This document shows positions 8,043-16,940 of a DNA stretch of 31,629 bases, piece by piece (position 1 is the first letter of the stretch; each line of letters starts with the position of its first letter). The DNA lies in IMG/VR virus record IMGVR_UViG_3300048670_000254, positions 1 to 31,629 of that record; one strand, written 5' to 3'. Both the position numbers and the translations under genes were made by a program. The notes under the pieces were generated by a model that worked only from the letters and a program-made list of their open reading frames with translations, had not been told where the DNA came from and searched no databases. The stretch comes from a virus (taxonomy: Duplodnaviria > Caudoviricetes).

Positions 8043-9005
8043 TTACGAAGCAGAGTAGGAAGTCGTGATCAATTCGCAAGCAGTCGAATCAATGACCTTC
8101 GTAGTCCGGTTAGAGCGAACTCGGAGGATGTTTGACCGACGACCTTCGTCCCGATAGCTTTCGGCAACGAAGGGAGCAGAAGCATCTTCGCTCCAGATGA
8201 TCGTGCGACCCACACCACCAGCGGCGAAATCGCCACCCGCAGTTTGAGCAACCGCCACATAGGTTGTGGGGAAGATGAACGCACCGCTGAAGGTTTGACC
8301 TTTGGCCGCAGAATTTTTGGCCGCCTTGCCAACCAGAATTTTTTCAACTCCGGCCGCTTGAGCGATTTCAGCTTCCGACAGCAACCGACGACTGTCCGTG
8401 GCAACCACACCGAAGAATTGATTCTGGGTGAGGGGGCTACGACGAACCAGATCAAAGACCTCTTGGTTCATAATAACAGTGTTGGCGATGACACCTTTCT
8501 TCAGCAACCGCTGTTTGGCGGCCGCCACATCTGCCACGAAGTTAACCGTGGAGAGCGAGGAAACAGTGTAGTTAACCAGAGCGTTTGTCGCATTGAAAAC
8601 GCTGGCATCAAACAAGGTTGTAGCACATTCGGCTTCGTGACCAATCTGAATGTTGCGGAGAAGGATCTTTGCAGTTTCGGTTTCGAGGCCGAAAAAGCGA
8701 GACACATCTGACGCAAGTGCATCAGGTACAACCTCTTCCAAGCCGAACTCAACGCAGGTAAAATTATCATTATCGAATGCGCGGCTGGACCGTGGATATG
8801 CGGACCCCGGTGCCACTTTCGAGGCATCCGAATTCAACAATTCAGCGTTTCCAAGTTGCAATTTGAGGTACTGTCCGGCACGAACAGGGCTGTTATAGAT
8901 AGGGAATACATCGGTTCCGATGAACCCCTGATCCATTTGACTGGCCTGAATAAGAGCCGTTGTGATGTCGCCACGCAGGGTAGCGTTACTGGTGAGATAA
9001 GACAT
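8043..9005 (-). CDS. Major capsid protein (HK97 fold, GpE-like)
   Basis: 320 aa, FIGTDVFP, EFGLEEVVPD, ANTVIMN, YRDEGRRSNILRVR. Follows protease and decoration genes, has an AGAAAGGA SD and a downstream terminator. Confidence 0.85.
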   Translation of the reverse strand: MSYLTSNATLRGDITTALIQASQMDQGFIGTDVFPIYNSPVRAGQYLKLQLGNAELLNSDASKVAPGSAYPRSSRAFDNDNFTCVEFGLEEVVPDALASDVSRFFGLETETAKILLRNIQIGHEAECATTLFDASVFNATNALVNYTVSSLSTVNFVADVAAAKQRLLKKGVIANTVIMNQEVFDLVRRSPLTQNQFFGVVATDSRRLLSEAEIAQAAGVEKILVGKAAKNSAAKGQTFSGAFIFPTTYVAVAQTAGGDFAAGGVGRTIIWSEDASAPFVAESYRDEGRRSNILRVRSNRTTKVIDSTACELITTSYSAS

Positions 9006-9023
9006 TTTTTTCTTTTCCTTTCT

Positions 9024-9371
9024 TTAGCGGGTGATGAAGACTTCGATGACATCGGCAGTAACACCTTGGTTACGAGCAACGCCAAGAACAACCGTGCCAG
9101 CAGTGCTGGAACGGCCATTTGCGCCGACATAAAGAGTGTCAGATGCCGAAACAGTGGTTCCACCAAAAATGGTGAAATTCGATGGGTTCCAGAGCTTAAC
9201 GAAGCCCACAGATCCGCTAACCACATCCTGTTGAAGAACTCCGATTGATTTACCAGCAGTGGCACAAGCCTGTGCTGTGTTATCGGTTGAAGTCATGCTG
9301 ACGATGCTGTTCGCCGTCACCGTGGAGGCGAAAAGCAACGAAGCAAATCCAGAATCTAATTGAGTTGCCAT
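9024..9371 (-). CDS. Capsid decoration/cement protein (DUF2190-like)
   Basis: 115 aa, SIGVLQQD, LYVGANGR, VLGVA...ADVIEV; directly upstream of MCP. Confidence 0.7.
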   Translation of the reverse strand: MATQLDSGFASLLFASTVTANSIVSMTSTDNTAQACATAGKSIGVLQQDVVSGSVGFVKLWNPSNFTIFGGTTVSASDTLYVGANGRSSTAGTVVLGVARNQGVTADVIEVFITR

Positions 9372-9389
9372 AGTTTTGTTTACCTTTCT

Positions 9390-9860
9390 TTAGAAGCTTT
9401 TGAAGCCACCAGCGGAAAGCTCTTTCCGATATTGTTCAGTGTATTTACCGATGCAAAGACGAAGAGCTTCGCCCTTGGAGATGTTGCCATGCTTCATCTC
9501 GAAATTTACAAGTTCCGCAAAGGTTTCGGGTTTCTTGCTCTCGACAGCGGGAGCCGAGTGAGCAACAGGAGCCGATACCATCTTGGAAAGTTCGGTCTTG
9601 ATTTCATTCAAAACTCCGGAAAGCTCAATCTTGTTGGCTTCCACGGCAGACATATCCTCGGTGGGATTCCCCTCGCTACCTTTTTTATCAATGGTAGGAG
9701 TAGGAGCAGAAGCTTTTTCATCAACGGTAGCTTCGGGAGGATTCATTTTGGCTTCGAGGGCAGATAAACGGCTGGCAAATTCTTCCATGTGCTTTCCGTA
9801 ATCAGCCATGTTGTAAGAAGGTGCAACCTTCTTTTCAGTGGTATCAGGCGTAGTTTCCAT
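9390..9860 (-). CDS. Nested in-frame scaffolding protein (internal start METTPDTT)
   Basis: ATG 9860 follows the protease core and is preceded by TTGACA at 9878-9883, like other structural genes. Confidence 0.5.
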   Translation of the reverse strand: METTPDTTEKKVAPSYNMADYGKHMEEFASRLSALEAKMNPPEATVDEKASAPTPTIDKKGSEGNPTEDMSAVEANKIELSGVLNEIKTELSKMVSAPVAHSAPAVESKKPETFAELVNFEMKHGNISKGEALRLCIGKYTEQYRKELSAGGFKSF

Positions 9861-10856
9861 ATTACTCAAATTAACCTTGTCAACTACTATACGACCGGAA
9901 TCCGCTGAAAACAGACCTGTAGGGTTCGAAGCGGGATGTTGAACCAAATCAGCAGAGTACAATTCAGAGCATCTCGCAAGGTCAAAATTTGACCCATTTA
10001 GCTCTGATTCTCCACTGAACGAAATCGAAATCCCAAACGCATCTGGGATCTCGGAGGCAAGATCCATGTAGTATTTAGCACGATCTTGGCGACTCTTGAG
10101 AAAAGTCAAATCAGCGAGAAGCTTGCTTCCGCTTTCGTCAATTCTGAAGTTCGTGAGCTTGCCGATAATATCAGCAATCCCTGCTCCGTGATTTTCATTT
10201 ACCTTCACTCCACCCTTGAATTGTTCCGCACAATTCTTTACCTGTTCAAGTGTGGTTCCGTCGATTTCAAGCTGATGGCCTTTTGCCATGCCTGTAGTTA
10301 ACACCGAAACACCTTTAAGAGTCATATCGCCACCATCCTCATAGTTGTACTTTTTCTTTCCCTGTCCCTGAATAACTGCCGTGGGGATAGTTCCGGCTGG
10401 TGCGCCTCCACCGTTAACACCACCAGCAGAGGTCATCAAATCCTCTTGAGCGTCCTCTTCGTCTTCAGAGGTGGACTTTCCAATAGCTGGTTCGATGTCC
10501 GTAGAGTCGCTTCCGGATTCGCTGTTATTCTGGAGATCCTCTTCGTTATTATCGAAGATCTCGGATGCAATTTCAGCACGGTCAGAGGCATCTGGGAAAA
10601 GTCCAATCATGCCCTCGTCGGCCACAAAACGACCCATAAACTCTGCAAATGTCTCATCCTCGTTAGGGGTTAAAAGGGTACTATCAGAAGCCAAATTCTT
10701 CTTTTTCTGTTTTTTCTTGGTTTCCCTAAAGATGCTTGCCCCTACAGCATACCGCTGTTTGTTGTCCGTGTAATCCTTTACGGCTGTAGAGTTACCCATG
10801 AATTTTGACATGAAATCAGCAAGAGACTCGCCTTTTTTGGGTGTAGGTAGGGGCAT
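9390..10856 (-). CDS. Prohead protease-scaffold fusion with N-terminal extension
   Basis: GVSVLTTGMAKGH, NENHG, FGISISF, SADLVQHPASNPTGLF protease core; acidic coiled C-terminus; position before the capsid genes. Confidence 0.75.
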   Translation of the reverse strand: MPLPTPKKGESLADFMSKFMGNSTAVKDYTDNKQRYAVGASIFRETKKKQKKKNLASDSTLLTPNEDETFAEFMGRFVADEGMIGLFPDASDRAEIASEIFDNNEEDLQNNSESGSDSTDIEPAIGKSTSEDEEDAQEDLMTSAGGVNGGGAPAGTIPTAVIQGQGKKKYNYEDGGDMTLKGVSVLTTGMAKGHQLEIDGTTLEQVKNCAEQFKGGVKVNENHGAGIADIIGKLTNFRIDESGSKLLADLTFLKSRQDRAKYYMDLASEIPDAFGISISFSGESELNGSNFDLARCSELYSADLVQHPASNPTGLFSADSGRIVVDKVNLSNMETTPDTTEKKVAPSYNMADYGKHMEEFASRLSALEAKMNPPEATVDEKASAPTPTIDKKGSEGNPTEDMSAVEANKIELSGVLNEIKTELSKMVSAPVAHSAPAVESKKPETFAELVNFEMKHGNISKGEALRLCIGKYTEQYRKELSAGGFKSF

Positions 10857-10870
10857 ACACCATCGAAAAG

Positions 10871-10876
10871 TGTCAA
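10871..10876 (-). promoter_or_regulatory. TTGACA element 14 nt upstream of ATG 10856
   Basis: Member of the TTGACA-N13-17-ATG family. Confidence 0.5.
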
Positions 10877-10917
10877 CTGCTATATGTGTAGTAGGGAATG
10901 TTGCCGAACAGCGTAGG

Positions 10918-11013
10918 CTAGAATAGTTTAAATACGAAGTGGATCACCAGCATATAAAAGAAGCTGGCTAGAATCCACCCGATGCAGATGTGTTTCAGAT
11001 CTCGATAGTTCAT
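10918..11013 (-). CDS. Possible 31-aa membrane peptide
   Basis: MNYRDLKHICIGWILASFFYMLVIHFVFKLF*; ATGA overlap with the stop of 11010..11231. Confidence 0.45.
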   Translation of the reverse strand: MNYRDLKHICIGWILASFFYMLVIHFVFKLF

Positions 11014-11231
11014 GCTTCCTCCTGTATCGCCAGATCCGCTAGTTTGTTCTCGATCTTGGTCTTAACGGCAACGATTGCTCCGTACTCCGTATCAGACAGT
11101 ACCCTGTGAGGCCATACCTGTCTGCCGTCACGCCCTAGCAGTATCCAGCTATCCGTATCCACTTCTACTGCCCTGTCGCATTTAAGGACAGCCCTTAGAT
11201 CGTCTGGAAGGTTTAGAACGATTGTGTTCAT
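11010..11231 (-). CDS. Hypothetical protein
   Basis: GAGGAGG SD and ATGA coupling to the upstream ORF. Confidence 0.7.
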   Translation of the reverse strand: MNTIVLNLPDDLRAVLKCDRAVEVDTDSWILLGRDGRQVWPHRVLSDTEYGAIVAVKTKIENKLADLAIQEEA

Positions 11232-11437
11232 GTTAATGCCTCCTCATATAGTTTGACCGTCCTGTTGCACCCATAATAGTAGCCACCGCCCAAGTGTCGG
11301 GTTGGATAGCCAACTACCTCAACGCACTCTGCTTGCGTCTTATTGACCTTCTTCAAAACTTGGTAAGAAGCCTTATTATCAGAATACTGATAAAACCTCT
11401 CACCGATAGCTACATCTTTAAATAGCTTGATGTTCAT
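11228..11437 (-). CDS. Hypothetical protein
   Basis: AGAAAGGA SD; FKDVAIGERF is typical of small phage proteins. Confidence 0.7.
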   Translation of the reverse strand: MNIKLFKDVAIGERFYQYSDNKASYQVLKKVNKTQAECVEVVGYPTRHLGGGYYYGCNRTVKLYEEALT

Positions 11438-11464
11438 GGTTTTGTTTCCTTTCTTATTGTGGCA

Positions 11465-11983
11465 CTAGATTACATAATCCAGAGCCGTTTGGCAAGAAGA
11501 ATCTTTTTCACTTGGAATAAACTCCCATGCGTCCGTGATCCGCTGGCGAGGAGTGTTTGGAATGTTGTCGAGAATGATTCCATCAACTACCGCAAAGGCA
11601 TGACCGCTACGACGACAATAGAATCTCCCCTTCGAATGCTTTTGAATAAATTCACCAATCGTTACTGGGGCTGAAACAAGATTTAGACTTTTGTCTCTTC
11701 CAATAATTCTTGAAAACAAAATGTTGCTTTTTTCGGCTTGATCCAAGAGCGTCTGGCAGTGGAACCCCCGCCGTCTCTGCCGTCCTGCATCCTTGCCGAT
11801 TTTATGAGCCACGCTGTATTCGATGCTGGCCGATAAAGCCAAGGCACGAATGGTGCAATCACGATATTCTTTCAATCGTGTTTTACTTAACCCCCCATCG
11901 GTTTTGACTTGAGGAACGCCATACTTGTTTCCGACCGGATAACTTTTTCCGTCGATTTGGATTCTGGTTTGTTCATTTGTCAT
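11465..11983 (-). CDS. Conserved phage protein with DCxxRA...GHxxAV (papain/C39-like Cys-His pattern)
   Basis: DCTIRALAL and SGHAFAVVDG; has its own promoter. Confidence 0.65.
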   Translation of the reverse strand: MTNEQTRIQIDGKSYPVGNKYGVPQVKTDGGLSKTRLKEYRDCTIRALALSASIEYSVAHKIGKDAGRQRRRGFHCQTLLDQAEKSNILFSRIIGRDKSLNLVSAPVTIGEFIQKHSKGRFYCRRSGHAFAVVDGIILDNIPNTPRQRITDAWEFIPSEKDSSCQTALDYVI

Positions 11984-11989
11984 GGTGGT

Positions 11990-12018
11990 AATCTACATCA
12001 TTCCAACCCGCTTGGCAA
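11990..12018 (-). promoter_or_regulatory. Sigma70-like leaderless promoter TTGCCA-17-TAGATT-6-ATG
   Basis: -35 at 12013-12018, -10 at 11990-11995, ATG at 11983. Confidence 0.65.
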
Positions 12019-12066
12019 GCATTATTTAATCTTTTTTTACCCCCCTAAAATTATTTTATTTTTCTG

Positions 12067-12095
12067 TTGACTTCGAAGCCGTTTCGCATTACACT
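12067..12095 (+). promoter_or_regulatory. Sigma70-like leaderless promoter TTGACT-17-TACACT-6-ATG
   Basis: -35 at 12067-12072, -10 at 12090-12095, ATG at 12102; AT-rich tract upstream. Confidence 0.7.
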
Positions 12096-12101
12096 CCTCC
12101 C

Positions 12102-12956
12102 ATGATCAAAAACATTCAAGACATCCAAAAGCTGAAACCCACCGAAATTCGCAAACTCTCGAAAGCCGAACTTGAGGAGATCGTTCCTCTTCTTCGTGCC
12201 GAGTACAAAAGGTACGAATCGTTTGCCAGTGTTATTAAAAATGATTCTGAACGGCGTGAGGCTGTGAATACTGAATGGCGTTTAAGGGATTTGTATGACG
12301 CTGGCCGGAACCGCTTGGAGAAGTATGCCAAGGAGGAACGCAAAGCTCTCCGTGAGGCCAAGCAGAATTCCAAGCAGATTGAGCGTAAGCGGATTGAGGA
12401 TCTTGCCTCTACTCTCCGCAAGAACTTGGTTCCTGTTGAGAATGCTCTTGTTAAATCAATCATTGAGCGTGATAACTTCAGGCTCGAAAAACAGGACGAA
12501 TTCTTCAAGTCGCTCCCCACTCCGTATGTGTTCAACTTTACTTCTCGGTATTCTCAAGAAAAAGACGAAATTGAATACATCGAATTCAATCATCAGTATG
12601 GCCGTTTCTGGAGTTACGAAAGACTTGAAAACGATTATCGGCCTCATGCTCCCAAAAAAGCTTATCAAAAAGACAATCTTTCGGAACGGATTGAAAAAGA
12701 TGCCAAGGATTATGCCAAGACAGCCTGTGACGAGTTTGCTTTCAAGATCGTCCAGAAGACAGAGGAGGAAATCAAAAGCCGTGGCACTGATGACAAGATC
12801 GTTTCGACCTCCTACGAAGGTAATGTGAATCCTTGGGATGGCGGTCAGGTGATTGTCACGACGACCAAGGGCAAGTATGTCTGGAACACCAAGGTGATCC
12901 TGAACTTCTCAAAGTACGGACTCCCCTTCAACCAGTGGCCAACTCGGTTGGCCTAG
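12102..12956 (+). CDS. Hypothetical phage protein (only convincing plus-strand gene)
   Basis: 284-aa ORF with near-consensus promoter, coiled N-half and C-terminal TKVILNFSKYGLPFNQWPTR. Confidence 0.8.
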   Translation: MIKNIQDIQKLKPTEIRKLSKAELEEIVPLLRAEYKRYESFASVIKNDSERREAVNTEWRLRDLYDAGRNRLEKYAKEERKALREAKQNSKQIERKRIEDLASTLRKNLVPVENALVKSIIERDNFRLEKQDEFFKSLPTPYVFNFTSRYSQEKDEIEYIEFNHQYGRFWSYERLENDYRPHAPKKAYQKDNLSERIEKDAKDYAKTACDEFAFKIVQKTEEEIKSRGTDDKIVSTSYEGNVNPWDGGQVIVTTTKGKYVWNTKVILNFSKYGLPFNQWPTRLA

Positions 12957-13055
12957 TCCTTCTTGGACTCTCTGGATTTCTTGATCTCTTTAAGTGCTTG
13001 GATCATGTTGTCCAGAGATTGATCGTCACGGCTGGACATTTCGCTGGCTAGGGGA

Positions 13056-16000
13056 TCAGTCGAAGAGGTTTCCATGGGTTGCCTTTACTGGAGCCGTTCC
13101 TTGGCTCCTATCTGCGTTGCCGTCGATGGAATAGCCGATGTCGGCAATTCCTTCGGAGGTTAATTTAGTCCAAGTCTTTCTAGCCTGTTCAGCAGATCCC
13201 CTGATGTAGTCATATGGAACATACCGTCCGTTTGGCTTATTGAATCGCTTTGAGGCACGATCCAGAGCTACCTTGTCGTCCACATCCACATGAACTAGGC
13301 CGATTGTATATCCAACCGATTTCAGCGTTCTCGCCATTTCAGCAACTTTATTAGAGTTCTTTCCGGTAATGTCGATCAAAAGATTGTGGTTATTGCCCAC
13401 TGCTCTTGGGAATACAACCTTCTCGGATATAAGTGCGGATTCCTCATGGAACGCTCCGGCATTCCATCCTTCAAACCCTTTTGACTTTCCCTTAACCGAA
13501 TCCGGATCGATCTTGGTTGTCTCTTTTCCGTTCAGGATCTTTTCTGCAAATGGCCGTCCGGTGGTTGTTTTGCCACTGGCAGGAGATCCCATGAGGATAA
13601 CGGCAATTGGGTTAGTCGATTGCGCCTTGGGGTTTAATTCGCTATCAATAACAGCCTGTTTCCACTTTTCGTGTTCTGGGGTTGGGCTGTTGAAGGTTTC
13701 GATGAGATCCTTTTTCTGGATGTATCGCTTTGGATCTCGCAGTGACCAGTGGGTAACCGGAGCATTCTCCGATCCCTCTGCTTTGGCCACTTCCTTCTGT
13801 AGTTTGGCCATTTTATCCATAGCCATTTTTGCCTTTGGTTCTGCTTTTAGCTTTTGAACCATTTGATCAATTTCATCGCTTGTAGTGCTTGTTTCGGATT
13901 CTTTGTTTGCCTTGGTGGATTTCCCCTTTACCTTGCCCTTGCCACCTCCACCTCCCTTTCCAGACCAGCGACCATTTTCATCCCTTGGCTGGTTGGGATC
14001 GTAGAATTCAATAACCTTTCCGTTGTATTGGAAAACGAATGATTCAATGGCTACCTCCTCGTCAAACTGGAACCCCTCGGAGCCATCATCCGGTAACTGG
14101 ATAACGATAGGTACATAAATCAACTTGCTACCGTCTGCTAGTTGCTTGGTTGCTAGAGGCTTTGGCTTGGGGCCATTCTCGTACACATACTTCCGGATCG
14201 TATCGACCTCAAAAATTTGCATAAGCTTAATTGCAGTTGGAGGAACAACGCCATCCTTGGTAAAGATTTTGGATACGGCATTCAATCCAGTCTTGCCCAT
14301 CTTTTGAGCCTTGGTTGTGGGGATGTTATCGGCAACGCTCTTGAAGCCATCAGCCAGTACGCTGATAATCCCGATTAACTGCTTCCCACCAATCTTGGGG
14401 GCTGACCCAGAACGCAATACGCCATATTCCATGGCCAGATCTAGACTGTCGGTACTGTACACCTTACCCCCACCCCAAACGCCACTTTTAGAGGGTTTTA
14501 GGCCGTCTTTTCGTATGTCTTTAAGCACATCTGCCGAAGTTCCGTGATATAAAACCGTAGATTGGCCTGTTTTCTTGCTTGCCTCTGCCGGATTATCTTG
14601 CGCCCACTTTGGGGTTGGAGTTGTTCCAGAAGATCCTCCAGAGCCAGTCCATTTGCCAGAATCATCTCGCTTTTGAGATGGATCGTAAAAATCTATCGCT
14701 TGATAGCTCCGGTAATAATTACGCCCTCCCCTTCGTTGTACTCCGAGGCGAACACGATTCGGGAAAGATCGCTCATAGTTGTCGATGATTGATTTGTAGG
14801 CTTTTTTTCCTGCAATCCTTGTGTCTCCACCGATGAACTCTCCGACTCCCCTGACTGCTTCTGATTTTCCATTTATTGCTCCTAGAAATTTGGCAACATT
14901 AGCGGTCAACTGCGATCCTTGGTCTAGGATTGTTACGCTAGTCTTGGCTCTGTCACCTACCATTGTTCTAAAACTAATCCCATTCTCTGACAATATTTTT
15001 CTGACCTCATCCATTGGCCTGTCTGCTGATATTTTATGCAGGATGTCTGGGCCGTCCTTCTTTTTCTGAAATGCAACAACTGCTTTTTGGTTTAGACTCG
15101 CCCCTAGCTTGGATGCTGTGTATTTAAGTTGATCAAAGTCCTTCACTCCGTTTACATCGATTTTAATCGAATTCTCTGCGCCATCCTCCCAATCACCCAC
15201 CCCAGACTCGACCTTGCCATCCATGTCTTGCTTCTTGATGGCATCTTTTGCGATGCTCACGGCTCTAGCGTGTTCTGGCGAATCGATCATCTTTTTCGCC
15301 TCTTCGTAATTCATGTTCTCTTTGATGTTTGGAGAGACAAGGATTTCACCACCCAAACCACCCCCGCCAGTCCACTTGCCGGATTCGTCTCTTGCCTGTG
15401 ATGGATCGTAAAACTCTGTTTTGTCTGAAGAAAAATTATTTTTCTTTGGCTCTCGCTCTATTACATCAGATTTCTTTTCAGGCTCCATGGGATATGGTTT
15501 CCGAACAAAACCATTTTTTTTGTACCATTCGTGAAGCTTTGATTTGGATAAACCTCCGGTTCCGGTTGGGCTTACCGTTGCTGTTATTTTTGCGCCAATC
15601 TTGTCTGCTGAATCTGTAATTTCTTTTAGTGCTTTTGAAGCAATACCTTTCCCTCTAGACTCATCTTTTGTCTCTATATGAGAAATGCGAAGAGTATCGT
15701 CAAATGATGGCTTTAATTCTGCCGTAACTTCACCTTCAGAATATTGTTTTGAAAAGAATGGCCCGCCAATATTTTCCCAACCCTTTTTAGCCATATCGGA
15801 AAGAACTGATGTGGCCTTACTCCATTTTCCAGATTCGTCTCTTGGCTGTGAAGGATCGTAGAATGTGACAACCTGAAACTCTTTTTTCTTCTTGAGATAC
15901 TTCAGGATAGATACCCGCAATACATCGGTAAGGTAGTCTGCAACATCTGCAATATTGATGTCTTCCTGTAGCTCTGTGGGGTTAATGCTGGCCTCCATGG

Positions 16001-16940
16001 GCTTTACCCCTACCTGCTTTTCGACGGCAGACTTAATTTCCTGCCCTTTCTTGATCGATTGATACTCTCTAGTTGCGTTGCTTATGATTCCATGAATTGC
16101 GCTTCGAGTGGCTATAAATGGTAGTACCTGTGGAGCAAATATGGCATTCGTTAATATATCCGCTTGATCGTTTCTGATTCCCTTCAAAGCACCGATAGCA
16201 CCTGCTCCGGCAACCTTCAGTGTTTTATCTACTGCTCCAATTAGCTTCTGGCCATCTTCGGACTTGATCCAATTCGATATTTGCTTTGGAGTGAGATTTC
16301 CGTATTTGGTTTTAATCTTGGCATCTTTTAGGTTTTCACCCAAGGACTCTACGGCTTTCTTGAACTTTCCGTCCTCGATGTCGATCTCCGGATTCTCTTT
16401 TTGAATCCTGCTAATAATCCTTTGAGATATTTCATTTGGGCTTTCTACGCTAGAAACAAATCCTCCGCTAGTCCACTTTCCAGCCTCGTCTCTTTTCTGG
16501 CTAGGATCATAAAGCAGTGTTGCTCCTTGTTCCTTTAGGGCTATCAGATCTGCCTTTAGTTGTTCAAAGTTTGTCTTGTCCGTGATTGGGCCGCCCACGA
16601 TCCACGCATCACAGGTTCTTAAAGAGGCGCATTTGAAGTCGAAGATTTCGCAGTAGCCCAGATCGCCAGCTTGTTCAACTTCCTGTGCGTCTGATCCAAT
16701 GCCTTTACTGATGCAGTTTGTGAGCTTGGTTGTTTGGTTGAATCCGGCGCAGTTACCGCAACGCATGGTTTTTGCTTCTTTGACCGACCCGCCAAAGATC
16801 TTTGCTTTTGCTGTCCAGTATTCTTCATTTGGCTCCTTTGGATTGGCTGGGCCATAGTGTGCTACATCAATAGCTTTCGCTCTGTTGGCGAGATTGGTTT
16901 TGATGTCCTGTGTTGGTAGTGGACACTTACTCTCGGCCAT
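13056..16940 (-). CDS. Polyvalent head-associated protein: Cys-rich domain, unknown module, GNAT, SAM-lyase-like, ART-like and zeta-toxin-like P-loop kinase
   Basis: RCGNC...CEIFDFKC; RGKGIASKAL...WYKKNGF (GNAT); GDWEDGAENS...NQKAV; LYHGTS...VYST...AMEY (ART); MGSPASGKTT...IDPD...HEES...IDIT (zeta). Confidence 0.85.
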   Translation of the reverse strand: MAESKCPLPTQDIKTNLANRAKAIDVAHYGPANPKEPNEEYWTAKAKIFGGSVKEAKTMRCGNCAGFNQTTKLTNCISKGIGSDAQEVEQAGDLGYCEIFDFKCASLRTCDAWIVGGPITDKTNFEQLKADLIALKEQGATLLYDPSQKRDEAGKWTSGGFVSSVESPNEISQRIISRIQKENPEIDIEDGKFKKAVESLGENLKDAKIKTKYGNLTPKQISNWIKSEDGQKLIGAVDKTLKVAGAGAIGALKGIRNDQADILTNAIFAPQVLPFIATRSAIHGIISNATREYQSIKKGQEIKSAVEKQVGVKPMEASINPTELQEDINIADVADYLTDVLRVSILKYLKKKKEFQVVTFYDPSQPRDESGKWSKATSVLSDMAKKGWENIGGPFFSKQYSEGEVTAELKPSFDDTLRISHIETKDESRGKGIASKALKEITDSADKIGAKITATVSPTGTGGLSKSKLHEWYKKNGFVRKPYPMEPEKKSDVIEREPKKNNFSSDKTEFYDPSQARDESGKWTGGGGLGGEILVSPNIKENMNYEEAKKMIDSPEHARAVSIAKDAIKKQDMDGKVESGVGDWEDGAENSIKIDVNGVKDFDQLKYTASKLGASLNQKAVVAFQKKKDGPDILHKISADRPMDEVRKILSENGISFRTMVGDRAKTSVTILDQGSQLTANVAKFLGAINGKSEAVRGVGEFIGGDTRIAGKKAYKSIIDNYERSFPNRVRLGVQRRGGRNYYRSYQAIDFYDPSQKRDDSGKWTGSGGSSGTTPTPKWAQDNPAEASKKTGQSTVLYHGTSADVLKDIRKDGLKPSKSGVWGGGKVYSTDSLDLAMEYGVLRSGSAPKIGGKQLIGIISVLADGFKSVADNIPTTKAQKMGKTGLNAVSKIFTKDGVVPPTAIKLMQIFEVDTIRKYVYENGPKPKPLATKQLADGSKLIYVPIVIQLPDDGSEGFQFDEEVAIESFVFQYNGKVIEFYDPNQPRDENGRWSGKGGGGGKGKVKGKSTKANKESETSTTSDEIDQMVQKLKAEPKAKMAMDKMAKLQKEVAKAEGSENAPVTHWSLRDPKRYIQKKDLIETFNSPTPEHEKWKQAVIDSELNPKAQSTNPIAVILMGSPASGKTTTGRPFAEKILNGKETTKIDPDSVKGKSKGFEGWNAGAFHEESALISEKVVFPRAVGNNHNLLIDITGKNSNKVAEMARTLKSVGYTIGLVHVDVDDKVALDRASKRFNKPNGRYVPYDYIRGSAEQARKTWTKLTSEGIADIGYSIDGNADRSQGTAPVKATHGNLFD
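13962..16511 (-). repeat. Five dispersed YDP(S/N)QxRDxxG(K/R)W peptide repeats
   Basis: At about 16470-16511, 15819-15860, 15369-15410, 14646-14687 and 13962-14003. Confidence 0.9.

Noticed and set aside
12295-12828. 177-aa alternative-frame ORF inside the plus-strand gene
   Set aside because: Composition typical of a shifted frame; no initiation signal seen.
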